Of a stretch of 64,000 bases of DNA, positions 19,147-28,068 are shown piece by piece. Location of the stretch: assembly GCA_963795085.1 (NCBI GenBank), contig CAWCFX010000001.1:1120001-1184000 (forward strand), given 5' to 3'. The notes under the pieces are model-generated. The model worked only from the letters and a program-made list of their open reading frames with translations, searched no databases and was not told the origin of the DNA. This stretch comes from an uncultured Gemmatimonadales bacterium. Its GTDB lineage: Bacteria; Gemmatimonadota; Gemmatimonadetes; Gemmatimonadales; GWC2-71-9. Both the position numbers and the translations under genes were made by a program. Within the stretch, counting starts at the first letter, position 1. Each line of letters starts with the position of its first letter.

Positions 19147-20379
19147 ATGACTGCGCTGAACGTAACCTCCGAAATTGGCCGCCTGCGGTCGGTCCTGGTC
19201 CACACGCCCGGGAACGAACTGGAGGCGGTGACGCCCGGGACCCGGGAAGATTATCTCTACGACGATATCATCGACCTGGAGATTGCCCAGCGGGAGCACC
19301 GGAAGTTCGTTTCGGTGCTGTCCCAGTTCACCGAGGTCCACGAGGTGGCCGACCTGGTGACCGACGTGCTGGCCCAGCCGGAGGCCCGGGAGTTTCTCAT
19401 CACCAAGACGATGGACGTCTTCGCCTCCGACGCGCTGGCGCAGACGCTCAACGCGCTCCCCCCGCCGGCGATCGTCCAGATGCTGATCGAGGGCGTCGAG
19501 GAGGAATCGGGCCCCATTGCCCGGAGCCTGAACGAGGCGGGCTATGTCTTCCCCCCGCTGCCCAACCTGTTCTTTCCCCGCGACATCGGCATCGTGATCG
19601 GCGAGCACGCGATCGTCGGCTCCATGCGGTACGGCGTGCGCTGGACCGAGGAACTGCTGATCAAGGCGCTCTTCCGGTTCCATCCCGCCCTCAGCAACGC
19701 GGGGATTCTCTACGATGGCTCGGAGGAGCGCCGCAGCAACTATACCCTCGAAGGCGGGGACGTTCACGTGCTCCGCGAAGACCTCCTGGTGCTGGGGTTC
19801 AGCGAGCGGTCCTCGCCCGCGGCCCTGGACCAGTTGTGTGACGTGGTCTTCGCCAGCGGGACGGTGACGGACGTCATCGTGGTGGTGATGCCCAAGGAGC
19901 CCACCGCGATCCACCTCGACATGCTGTTCAGCCAGATCGACCGCGAGCTCTGCGCGATCTACCCGCCCTACTTCGTGGGCCCCGAACGGCTCGCCGTGCT
20001 GCACCGCCGGAAAGGCCTCCAGGCGGTGCGGGAGATGCCCAATTTCTTCGCGGCCCTCCAGGCGGTAAACCAGCCGCTGGAACCGGTCTTCTGTGGCGGC
20101 GCCCATCGCCCCACCCAGGAACGGGAACAGTGGGCCTCGGCCTGCAACTTCCTGACGCTCTGGCCGGGCACGGTGCTCAGCTACCACCGCAACGAAGGCA
20201 CCCTGGGCGAACTGATCAAGGCCGGGTTCAAGGTGATGCCGGGGAGCGAGTTGATTGCCACCGGTACGATGCCGGCGGAGGGCGGGCGCACCGTCATCAC
20301 CATCGAAGGAAGCGAACTGGTGCGGGGCGGGGGCGGGCCGAGGTGCATGTCGTTGCCACTGAATAGAGATGAGCTGTAG
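19147..20379 (+). CDS. arcA: Arginine deiminase
   Basis: SEIGRLRSV, LPNLFFPRD, EGGD, HLD, ELVRGGGGPRCMS. Confidence 0.92.
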   Translation: MTALNVTSEIGRLRSVLVHTPGNELEAVTPGTREDYLYDDIIDLEIAQREHRKFVSVLSQFTEVHEVADLVTDVLAQPEAREFLITKTMDVFASDALAQTLNALPPPAIVQMLIEGVEEESGPIARSLNEAGYVFPPLPNLFFPRDIGIVIGEHAIVGSMRYGVRWTEELLIKALFRFHPALSNAGILYDGSEERRSNYTLEGGDVHVLREDLLVLGFSERSSPAALDQLCDVVFASGTVTDVIVVVMPKEPTAIHLDMLFSQIDRELCAIYPPYFVGPERLAVLHRRKGLQAVREMPNFFAALQAVNQPLEPVFCGGAHRPTQEREQWASACNFLTLWPGTVLSYHRNEGTLGELIKAGFKVMPGSELIATGTMPAEGGRTVITIEGSELVRGGGGPRCMSLPLNRDEL

Positions 20380-20380
20380 G

Positions 20381-20436
20381 GCAGCGTGGGGCGTGCAGCG
20401 TGCAGCGTGGGGCGTGCAGCGTGCAGCGTGCAGCGT
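20381..20436 (+). repeat. Heptamer tandem array, left arm (GCAGCGT/GGGGCGT x8)
   Basis: Units counted directly; begins 2 bp after the arcA stop. Confidence 0.95.
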
Positions 20437-20441
20437 GCCGT

Positions 20442-20855
20442 TCAGTCAGGGGGATGGCCAGGTTTGCGCTTCTGAGTCTTGAGATTTGCTATCCTCCGTT
20501 GCAACGATCGCTTGAGGGCGCTGACCAGTTCGGACGTTGACCGCCCGAGCTTCATGAGATGGTCGAACTCGCTTGCATCAATGAGTTGTGCATCGAACGC
20601 CACGTAGAGGTGGGATCGAACCTCGGCGGCGGATGCTTTTGCAATTCCCAGAAAGCGATGAAATTCTGCCGTGGTACTGCTCTCGAAACCTTCCGCAATG
20701 TTGGCCATGACCGAGGCAGCGGCCCGGTTCAACTGGCCCGCGAGAGCGTAGTCGCGACCGAGCAACGCAGAGCCAGGCACGCTGCGTAGGGCCTTCGTTA
20801 ATTCCCGGGCCCGTTGCCAGGCAAGCAGATCCTCAAACTGGGTGACTCCGGCCAT
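20442..20855 (-). CDS. Four-helix-bundle protein (23S rRNA IVS protein-like, TIGR02436 type)
   Basis: FEDLLAWQRA, QLNRAAASVMANIAEGF, FLGIAKASAAEVRSHL. Confidence 0.92.
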   Translation of the reverse strand: MAGVTQFEDLLAWQRARELTKALRSVPGSALLGRDYALAGQLNRAAASVMANIAEGFESSTTAEFHRFLGIAKASAAEVRSHLYVAFDAQLIDASEFDHLMKLGRSTSELVSALKRSLQRRIANLKTQKRKPGHPPD

Positions 20856-20958
20856 GGGTGATTGTACCGGGAACCGACCCGGGAACCATCATCGAAAAGC
20901 AGCCACACCCCACCAGGAAAACGCGTTGCCGCCTATGCCTATCCAGGTTCAACATCCC

Positions 20959-21007
20959 ACGCTGCACGCTGCCCCTTGCACGCCGCATGCCCCACGCTGC
21001 ACGCTGC
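20959..21007 (-). repeat. Heptamer tandem array, right arm (ACGCTGC x7, degenerate), inverted relative to the left arm
   Basis: ACGCTGC is the reverse complement of GCAGCGT. Confidence 0.9.
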
Positions 21008-21022
21008 ACGTCTGAACTCTAA

Positions 21023-21847
21023 ATGATCTCCGCCCACCCCGACCGCACCCTCGCCGACCGCGCGCTGGACCGGATGCTCCAGGGGCCCCAGTCCGCGCTG
21101 GACCTCGCCAGCCAGGTGCTGGGTCTCGCCCAGGCCTCGCCGGTCATCGCCGAGCGGCTGGCGATCGCCCTGCTGGGCGCGGATCCCCGGGTGCGCCAGC
21201 TCCCCGATGGCCGCTGGGCCGCGGTGTCCGCGGTGCGGGAGGTCCCGTCGCTCCGCGAATGCAGTTTTGCGGTCGTGGACGTGGAAACCACCGGCATGCG
21301 GTCGCGGATGGACGACCGGATCACCGAGATCGCGGTGGTCACCGTGAGCAACGGAGTGGTGCGGCTTGCCTTCGATTCGCTGATCAACCCCGGGCGCTAC
21401 ATCCCGCCCCGCATTACCGCGGTCACCGGCATTACCAACGACATGGTGGCCCGGGCGCCCCGGTTCGCGGAGGTGAGTGATGCGCTGCTCGGCGCGCTCT
21501 CCGGCCGGGTGTTCGTGGCCCACAATGCCCGCTTCGACTGGAACTTCGTGGACGCCGAGATGCGCCGGGCTCGGGACCTGGTGCTGACGGGACCGCGACT
21601 CTGCACCGTCCGGCTGGCCCGCCGGCTAGTGCTCGGGGTGCAGTCCTGCGGACTGGATTCCCTGACCCACTACTTTGGCTGGGAGAACCAGGCCCGGCAC
21701 CGGGCCGCCGGCGATGCGCTGGTGACCGCCCAACTGCTCAACCGGCTGATCCAGCTGGCGACCGAGCGGGGCGCCCACACCGTGGACGACCTGGTGTCCA
21801 TCAGCACGCTGCCCAAGCGCCGCTTCCGGGACCGCTGGGCCTCCTGA
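21023..21847 (+). CDS. DEDDh 3'-5' exonuclease (Pol III epsilon-like) with N-terminal extension
   Basis: VVDVETTG, AHNARFD, LCTVRLAR, HRAAGDA. Confidence 0.9.
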   Translation: MISAHPDRTLADRALDRMLQGPQSALDLASQVLGLAQASPVIAERLAIALLGADPRVRQLPDGRWAAVSAVREVPSLRECSFAVVDVETTGMRSRMDDRITEIAVVTVSNGVVRLAFDSLINPGRYIPPRITAVTGITNDMVARAPRFAEVSDALLGALSGRVFVAHNARFDWNFVDAEMRRARDLVLTGPRLCTVRLARRLVLGVQSCGLDSLTHYFGWENQARHRAAGDALVTAQLLNRLIQLATERGAHTVDDLVSISTLPKRRFRDRWAS

Positions 21848-21986
21848 CCCACTGTCCCACTGACCCACTGACCCACTGTCCCACTGTCCCACTGACCCAC
21901 GTCCCACTGACCCACTGACCCACTGTCCCACTGTCCCACTGACCCACTGACCCACTGTCCCACTGTCCCACTGACCCACTGACCCA
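21844..21986 (+). repeat. 8-bp tandem array CTG(A/T)CCCA x18
   Basis: Counted directly; one 7-nt unit at 21900. Followed by about 4 copies of (G/A)CCC(C/T)CTT at 21994-22024. Confidence 0.95.
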
Positions 21987-22033
21987 CTGACATACCCCTT
22001 GCCCCCTTACCCTCTTGCCCCCTTCTTAGCTCC

Positions 22034-22975
22034 ATGACCATCGCGCACTCATTCCATGTCGGCGGCCTTCGCTGTATCACCCTGGAGGCGGGCCGAATCC
22101 GGCTCGATGGCGGCGCCATGTTCGGCGTGGTACCCAAGCCTCTCTGGTCAAAGCGGATTCCCGCGGACGAACGGAACCGGATTCCCCTGGCCATGCGCTG
22201 CCTGCTGATCGAACATCCCGGCGGACTCGTCCTGGTGGACACCGGCCTGGGCAACAAGCAGGATGCCAAGTTCCAGGATATCTATGGCGTCGAGAACCGG
22301 GGATCGAGCGGCGCCACCCAACTGGAGGACGGCCTGCTCGACCTGGGGTATACGCCCGGTGAAGTGACCATGGTGATCAACACTCACCTTCACTTCGACC
22401 ACGCCGGGGGGAACACGGCGGACCGGCGCGCGGCCGGGCAGGGGGAGGAGACCGACCGCGCGGTCGCCGCCGTGGAACTTGCCTTCCCCAATGCGACGTA
22501 TGTCGTGCAGCGCCGGGAACTCGAGTTCGCCCGGATCAGGAACGAGCGGATCCGCGCCAGCTACCTGGCCCCCAATTTCGACCCGGTGGAAGCCGCCGGT
22601 CGCTGGAAACTGCTGGATGGAGACAGCGAGGTGCTGCCCGGTATCTCCGTCCGGCTGACGCCGGGTCACGTGCCGTTTCATCAATCGGTCGTCATCCAGG
22701 ACCAGGGCGAGACCGCGGTCTTTCTCGGCGACGTGATGCCGACCGCCGCCCACCTGCCGCTGCCGTGGATCATGGGGTACGACCTCGAACCGCTCCGCAC
22801 CCTTGAGAGCAAGCGCGGACTGGTCGCTGAAGCCGCTGATGGGAACTGGCGCTTTGTCTTCGAGCACGACCCTGTGGTGGCCTTCGGCCGGGTGGTCCGG
22901 GAAGGAAGGGACGTGGCGCTGGCCGATGTGGTGACGGCGCCACTGGGGAAGGTGCCGTCCGCGTCGGGGGTGTGA
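22034..22975 (+). CDS. MBL-fold metallo-hydrolase (YtnP-like)
   Basis: LDGGAMFGVVPK, THLHFDHAGG, PGH, GD, WIMGYD, FEHDP. Confidence 0.92.
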   Translation: MTIAHSFHVGGLRCITLEAGRIRLDGGAMFGVVPKPLWSKRIPADERNRIPLAMRCLLIEHPGGLVLVDTGLGNKQDAKFQDIYGVENRGSSGATQLEDGLLDLGYTPGEVTMVINTHLHFDHAGGNTADRRAAGQGEETDRAVAAVELAFPNATYVVQRRELEFARIRNERIRASYLAPNFDPVEAAGRWKLLDGDSEVLPGISVRLTPGHVPFHQSVVIQDQGETAVFLGDVMPTAAHLPLPWIMGYDLEPLRTLESKRGLVAEAADGNWRFVFEHDPVVAFGRVVREGRDVALADVVTAPLGKVPSASGV

Positions 22976-23165
22976 GGCCCCCACCCCCTGTGGGCACGAA
23001 TCATTCCTCACAGGCTCCGTCGCCTAAGGGCTGGCAGGCCTTCGGCTTGGCCATTCATGTGTCGATGAGGGACCTGGCCCTTCACTTAGATGAGTCGGCC
23101 GAGAGCGACGAGTTGTGCGCCGGGACCTCGGGTTACTCGTCTCTTAGTGCATCCAAGGAGTCCCC

Positions 23166-24479
23166 ATGCCTAGGCCGCGTTCGCGCCGAACCCTGACGTC
23201 GAAGACAACCGTTTTCTTTGCCGCCGTGGTCCTGGCGTGCTCAGGGGACGATCCCACTGAACCAGTCGATCCGCTCGATGTGCGGGTGTCTCCCAGTCAT
23301 GTCTTCGCCGGTGGAGAGGTCTTCCTGGTCGGTGACTGGTATCGAGCTTCCGGCAAGGCGTATTCGCTGAGCTTGGATACGGTCAGCCTGGCCGTGCGCC
23401 GGGTGAACGACTCCACGGTCGGCATCACGGTTCCGCCCGGTAAAAACGGCGTGGCGACGCTGGTTGAGCGGATCGGCGGCACGGATATCCAGCGGGCATC
23501 CCTGGAGGTGTACGGCCTCGCTCGCATCGCGACTATCCCGATGCCGGTCCAGGCGCAATTCACCCCATCCCAAAACCCTGCGGTTCCCTATGCGGTCACT
23601 GGGGACTCGGGTGGAGTGTCGGTCATTAGCCTTCGAACCGACCTGGTAAAACGCTACCCTGGAATCGGGCGTCTGGGCTACGAATTGGGAAGCTGTCACC
23701 GTATCGCCGGTCCCAGCTACGCGGATGGGGCGTTTCTGATCTGGGATTCGACTCCGTATCCGTCAATGAAAGCAACTCGATGGCAGTTAATCCCCGACAC
23801 CCTCCGGGGCCAAGCCTTGTTCCCCCCTGGCGCAACCTGCGGGATGGCAGAGGTCAGCCCGCAGGTCTTCATGCATACGGGAAGCCAGGGTGGTGCGGCG
23901 TTCGTCTCCCTCGATTCCATCGACGATGCCGGGAACCGGACCAATTTCTACAGTGATGTCGTCATCAGCAACAAGGGGTTCTTCTGGTCCGGGAGCAGAA
24001 TGGTGTTGCGGGGAACGAACAACGAGGGCGTGAGCGTCATTGATCTGCAGGCCCGAGCGCGTGCCTTTGTGGTTCCATGGATGAGGACGGTGCACTCGGC
24101 CGCCTTTTCCATCGATGGGACAGCGATCTACTTGTGTGGGTACGGTCCTCTCCCCTCCCTTCTGATCTCGGTTAGCGCCGCCACCGGAGATTCGCTTGCC
24201 GCGAAGCCAGGTTCGTGTCTGGCCTTGGCCATCGATCCGCAACTCGGGGTGCTCTACACCCTGGCAGGCGGAACCGATGGGACGTCCGTTCTGGTGCTGA
24301 ATCCGGTGACGCTGGGGGAAGTCGGGAGAATCAATCTCACCTCCATGGAATGCGTTAACTGCGAGGAAAGCGTGATCAGCGTGGATCGGGCGAACGGGGA
24401 ACTCGTAGTTCTCCATTACCTGCTCTCCCAGTCAGGGATCGGCCTCGCCCATGTACGGATTCCGCCCGAGTTCCCATAG
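23166..24479 (+). CDS. Hypothetical lipoprotein, probable Ig-like + beta-propeller
   Basis: Lipobox-like VLAC; beta-rich repeats; lower GC3 than neighbours. Confidence 0.65.
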   Translation: MPRPRSRRTLTSKTTVFFAAVVLACSGDDPTEPVDPLDVRVSPSHVFAGGEVFLVGDWYRASGKAYSLSLDTVSLAVRRVNDSTVGITVPPGKNGVATLVERIGGTDIQRASLEVYGLARIATIPMPVQAQFTPSQNPAVPYAVTGDSGGVSVISLRTDLVKRYPGIGRLGYELGSCHRIAGPSYADGAFLIWDSTPYPSMKATRWQLIPDTLRGQALFPPGATCGMAEVSPQVFMHTGSQGGAAFVSLDSIDDAGNRTNFYSDVVISNKGFFWSGSRMVLRGTNNEGVSVIDLQARARAFVVPWMRTVHSAAFSIDGTAIYLCGYGPLPSLLISVSAATGDSLAAKPGSCLALAIDPQLGVLYTLAGGTDGTSVLVLNPVTLGEVGRINLTSMECVNCEESVISVDRANGELVVLHYLLSQSGIGLAHVRIPPEFP

Positions 24480-24630
24480 CCGCCCTGAGCGGAGCTTCCT
24501 GGCAAGCCGTCAATCCCGCGACCTTCTACCCTTTCCCGCCGTTCCCCGTCGGGTAGCCAACCGCCGGGTTCTCCGGTATCTTCACCTACCCCCGTTCACG
24601 CAATAACAGGTCACTCAGTTCGGAGCACCC

Positions 24631-27600
24631 ATGCGACTCGCCCAGCGTCGCGGCCTCGCGTTTGCCGCTTCCCTCCTGTTGCTTAGTGCAACGTCTGCCA
24701 TTGCCCAGGTCCGGTCTCCCGAGGCCGCCAACTTGGCGCCCGTGTTCAGCCGGATGGGCCACGACACCGCAACCCTTCCGCTAAAACCCGCCCGCTGGGC
24801 CCGGTTTACCGCGACCAAGTCGACCTGGATGTCGGTGGACGTGAGTCCCGACGGCCAGATGCTGGTGTTTGACATGCTGGGAGACTTGTACACGATGCCC
24901 ATCACCGGCGGCCGGGCCACCCGGCTCACCCAGGGCATTGCCCATGACATGCAGCCGCGCTTCAGTCCCGATGGCAAGCGGGTGGTTTTCGTCTCGGACC
25001 GGAGCGGCGACGAGAACGTCTGGATCATGAGCGTGGACGGCCGGGACACCGTCTCGGTGACCCGGGGGGTGGCCAGCGCCTATCTCTCTCCTGATTGGAC
25101 CCCTGACGGGGAGTACATCGTCGTGTCCCGCCAGGCCCCCCTCGCGGGACTCGAAAAGATCTGGCTCTACAGTGTGCGGGGCGGCACCGGCCTGGAGATG
25201 GTCGCCGGTCCACCCGGTGCCCGCATGATGGGCCCCGCCTTCGGCAAGGACCCGCGCTACGTCTGGTACGCGGTCCGCTTCGGCGCCTGGCAGTACAACG
25301 CCGTCTTCCCCCAGTTCCAGCTCGAGGTGTACGACCGCGACAACGGCACCCGGACGACCATGAGTTCTCGTTACGGATCGGCCTTCCGCCCCGCTCTCTC
25401 GCCGGATGGTAAGTGGCTGGCCTACGGCACCCGGCACGACGCCGAGACCGGGCTCCGCATCCGGGACCTGGCGACCGGCGAGGAGCGCTGGCTGGCCCAC
25501 CCGATCCAGCGGGACGACCAGGAGTCCATCGCCAACATGGACGTGCTGCCCGGCTATTCCTTTACCCCCGACTCGCGCGCCGTGGTGATCTCCTACGGCG
25601 GGGAGCTCTGGCGGGTGCCGGTGGCGGGTGCAGCGGCCGAGAAGATCGCCTTCTCGGTCGAGGCCGAAGTCGCGGTGGGGCCGGAGCTCAAGTTCGAGTA
25701 TCCCATCGACGATTCACCCACCTTCACGGTCAAGCAGATCCGCGACGGAGTGCCCTCGCCGGACGGGCGGCGCGTGGTCTTCAGCGCGCTGGACCGGCTT
25801 TACGTGGTCGACCTCGCGGGCGGCGCACCACGCCGGCTCACCAACCAGGAGGTGGGCGAATACAACCCGGCCTGGTCTCCCGACGGCAGTGCGGTCGCCT
25901 ACGTGACCTGGGACGAGCGCGAGGGCCACGTCATGCGGGTCCGGGCGACGGGCACCGCGCCGTCGGTGCCCCGGCGCCTGACTCGCGCCTCCGCGTACTA
26001 TCAGCAGCTGGCCTGGTCGCCCACCGGCGGCCGGATCGTGGCCATGCGGGCGTCGCACCGGGACCTCCATGAATCCGTTGATCCGTTCATGGGGAACGGG
26101 CTCGGCGCCGAGTTTGTCTGGCTTCCCGCCGAGGGCGGCGATGCCACCGTGATCGGCCCCACGGAGGGACGCCAGCGGCCCCACTTCACCACCGATTCCA
26201 CCCGCATCTACACCTACGGCTTCGTGCCGCCGCCGACCGAGGGCGGGCCCGGTACGGTGGCCCTCGTCTCCACCCGGTGGGACAACACCGATCTCAAGAC
26301 CCACCTCCGGGTCACCTGGGAGATCCCCATCTTCTCGGGCGCCTGGGTGCCGGACCGCCACTCCGACATCATGCTCCCGCGGGACTACAGCCGGGAGCAG
26401 GAAGTGATTCCCCAGGCCTCAGCGGACCTGGTCATGATGGCGCCCCGGGGCGACCTGGCGCTGGCCCAGGTCAACAACGACATGTACGTGATCACGGTGC
26501 CCCGCACTGGCGGCGCGGTTCCCTCGGTGCGGGTCAGCAAGCCCGACAGCGCCGCCATGCCGGTGCGGAAGCTCTCGGATATCGGGGGTGAGTTCCCGGC
26601 CTGGGGCGCCGACGGGCGGACCGTGCACTGGGCCATCGGCAATGCCTTCATTACCTATCGCCTGGACCGGGCCGAAGCGGTGGACGACAGCCTCTACCAG
26701 GCCCACGCCGACTCGGCCGCCCGGATGCAGGCGGCCTATCGCCCCGAGGAAAAGCGGATCGCGATCAGTGCCGCCCGGGACATTCCGCAGGGCGTCGTGG
26801 TGCTGCGCGGCGCCCGGGTGATCAGCATGCGCAATCGCGAGGTGATCGAGAACGCGGACGTCGTCATTACCAACAACCGCATCACCTCGGTCGGCCCCCA
26901 GGCCGCGGTCCCGGCGGGGGCCCGCGTCATTGACGTGAACGGCAAAACCATCGTGCCCGGCTTCGTGGATACCCACGCCCACATGTGGAACCTTTGGGGG
27001 CTGCACTGGAGCCGGCCCTGGATCTACCTGGCCAACCTGGCTTACGGCGTCACCACGACCCGGGATCCCCAGACCGCGACGACCGACGTGCTGACCTACG
27101 CGGACCGGGTGGACGCCGGCCAGATGCCGGGGCCCCGCGTCTATTCCACCGGCCCCGGCGTGTTCTTCACCGAAGGTGTGCGCAACCTGGACCACGCCCG
27201 GGAGATTCTTCGCCGCTACAGCGACTATTACGACACCAAGACGTTCAAGATGTACATGTCGGGCAACCGCCGGCAGCGGCAGTGGCTGGTCATGGCGGCG
27301 CGGGACCTCAAGCTGATGCCCACGACCGAAGGTGGACTGGACTATCGCCTCAACATGACCCACGCCATGGATGGGTATCCCGGCATCGAGCACGCCATGC
27401 CGATCATCCCGGCCTACGACGACGTGGTAGAACTGTTCAAGACCTCGCAGACCACCAACAGCCCGACGCTGCTGGTCTCCTACGGCGCGCCCTGGGCGGA
27501 GAACTACTTCTACACCACCGAGAACGTGGTGGGAGACAAGAAGCTGGCGTGGTTTACGCCGGAGGCCGAGCTGGATGCCAAGATCCGGCGCCGCAACCCG

Positions 27601-28068
27601 GGTCCCGGCCCCGGCGGCTGGTTTCGCGAGGATGAGTATGCTTTCAAGAAGCACTCGGCCTGGCTGGCCCGGCTGGTGGAAGCCGGCGGCCGGACCGGGG
27701 TCGGCAGCCACGGGCAGTTGCAGGGCCTGGGCTATCACTGGGAGCTCTGGGCCCTGCAGAGCGGGGGAATGAGCAACCACGACGCGCTCCGCGCGGCCAC
27801 CCTGATGGGCGCCGAGGCGATCGGACTGGGCCGCGACCTCGGGTCCATCGAGGCCGGCAAGCTGGCGGACCTCCTGGTGCTCGACGCCAACCCGCTGGAG
27901 AACATCCGGAATTCCAATACCCTGCGCTACGTCATGAAGAACGGCCGGCTCTACGACGCCGGCACCATGGACGAGATCTGGCCCCGCCAGTTGCCGGCGC
28001 CGGACGAGTCGTGGCGGCATTCCCGGCCCGCCAATGTTTCGGCCGGCGTGGCGGGAGGTGCCCGATGA
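24631..28068 (+). CDS. Secreted PD40/TolB-like beta-propeller + amidohydrolase
   Basis: Signal peptide, many SPDG repeats, PGFVDTHAH, GSIEAGKLADL. Confidence 0.9.
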   Translation: MRLAQRRGLAFAASLLLLSATSAIAQVRSPEAANLAPVFSRMGHDTATLPLKPARWARFTATKSTWMSVDVSPDGQMLVFDMLGDLYTMPITGGRATRLTQGIAHDMQPRFSPDGKRVVFVSDRSGDENVWIMSVDGRDTVSVTRGVASAYLSPDWTPDGEYIVVSRQAPLAGLEKIWLYSVRGGTGLEMVAGPPGARMMGPAFGKDPRYVWYAVRFGAWQYNAVFPQFQLEVYDRDNGTRTTMSSRYGSAFRPALSPDGKWLAYGTRHDAETGLRIRDLATGEERWLAHPIQRDDQESIANMDVLPGYSFTPDSRAVVISYGGELWRVPVAGAAAEKIAFSVEAEVAVGPELKFEYPIDDSPTFTVKQIRDGVPSPDGRRVVFSALDRLYVVDLAGGAPRRLTNQEVGEYNPAWSPDGSAVAYVTWDEREGHVMRVRATGTAPSVPRRLTRASAYYQQLAWSPTGGRIVAMRASHRDLHESVDPFMGNGLGAEFVWLPAEGGDATVIGPTEGRQRPHFTTDSTRIYTYGFVPPPTEGGPGTVALVSTRWDNTDLKTHLRVTWEIPIFSGAWVPDRHSDIMLPRDYSREQEVIPQASADLVMMAPRGDLALAQVNNDMYVITVPRTGGAVPSVRVSKPDSAAMPVRKLSDIGGEFPAWGADGRTVHWAIGNAFITYRLDRAEAVDDSLYQAHADSAARMQAAYRPEEKRIAISAARDIPQGVVVLRGARVISMRNREVIENADVVITNNRITSVGPQAAVPAGARVIDVNGKTIVPGFVDTHAHMWNLWGLHWSRPWIYLANLAYGVTTTRDPQTATTDVLTYADRVDAGQMPGPRVYSTGPGVFFTEGVRNLDHAREILRRYSDYYDTKTFKMYMSGNRRQRQWLVMAARDLKLMPTTEGGLDYRLNMTHAMDGYPGIEHAMPIIPAYDDVVELFKTSQTTNSPTLLVSYGAPWAENYFYTTENVVGDKKLAWFTPEAELDAKIRRRNPGPGPGGWFREDEYAFKKHSAWLARLVEAGGRTGVGSHGQLQGLGYHWELWALQSGGMSNHDALRAATLMGAEAIGLGRDLGSIEAGKLADLLVLDANPLENIRNSNTLRYVMKNGRLYDAGTMDEIWPRQLPAPDESWRHSRPANVSAGVAGGAR

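Noticed and set aside
20442..20855. Diversity-generating retroelement (Avd-like gene)
   Set aside because: No reverse transcriptase or TR/VR pair in the window.
21626..22269. Minus-strand ORFs with GQWDSGTV/GQWVSGSV peptide repeats
   Set aside because: Translation artefact of the 8-bp DNA array; they overlap two well-supported + strand genes.
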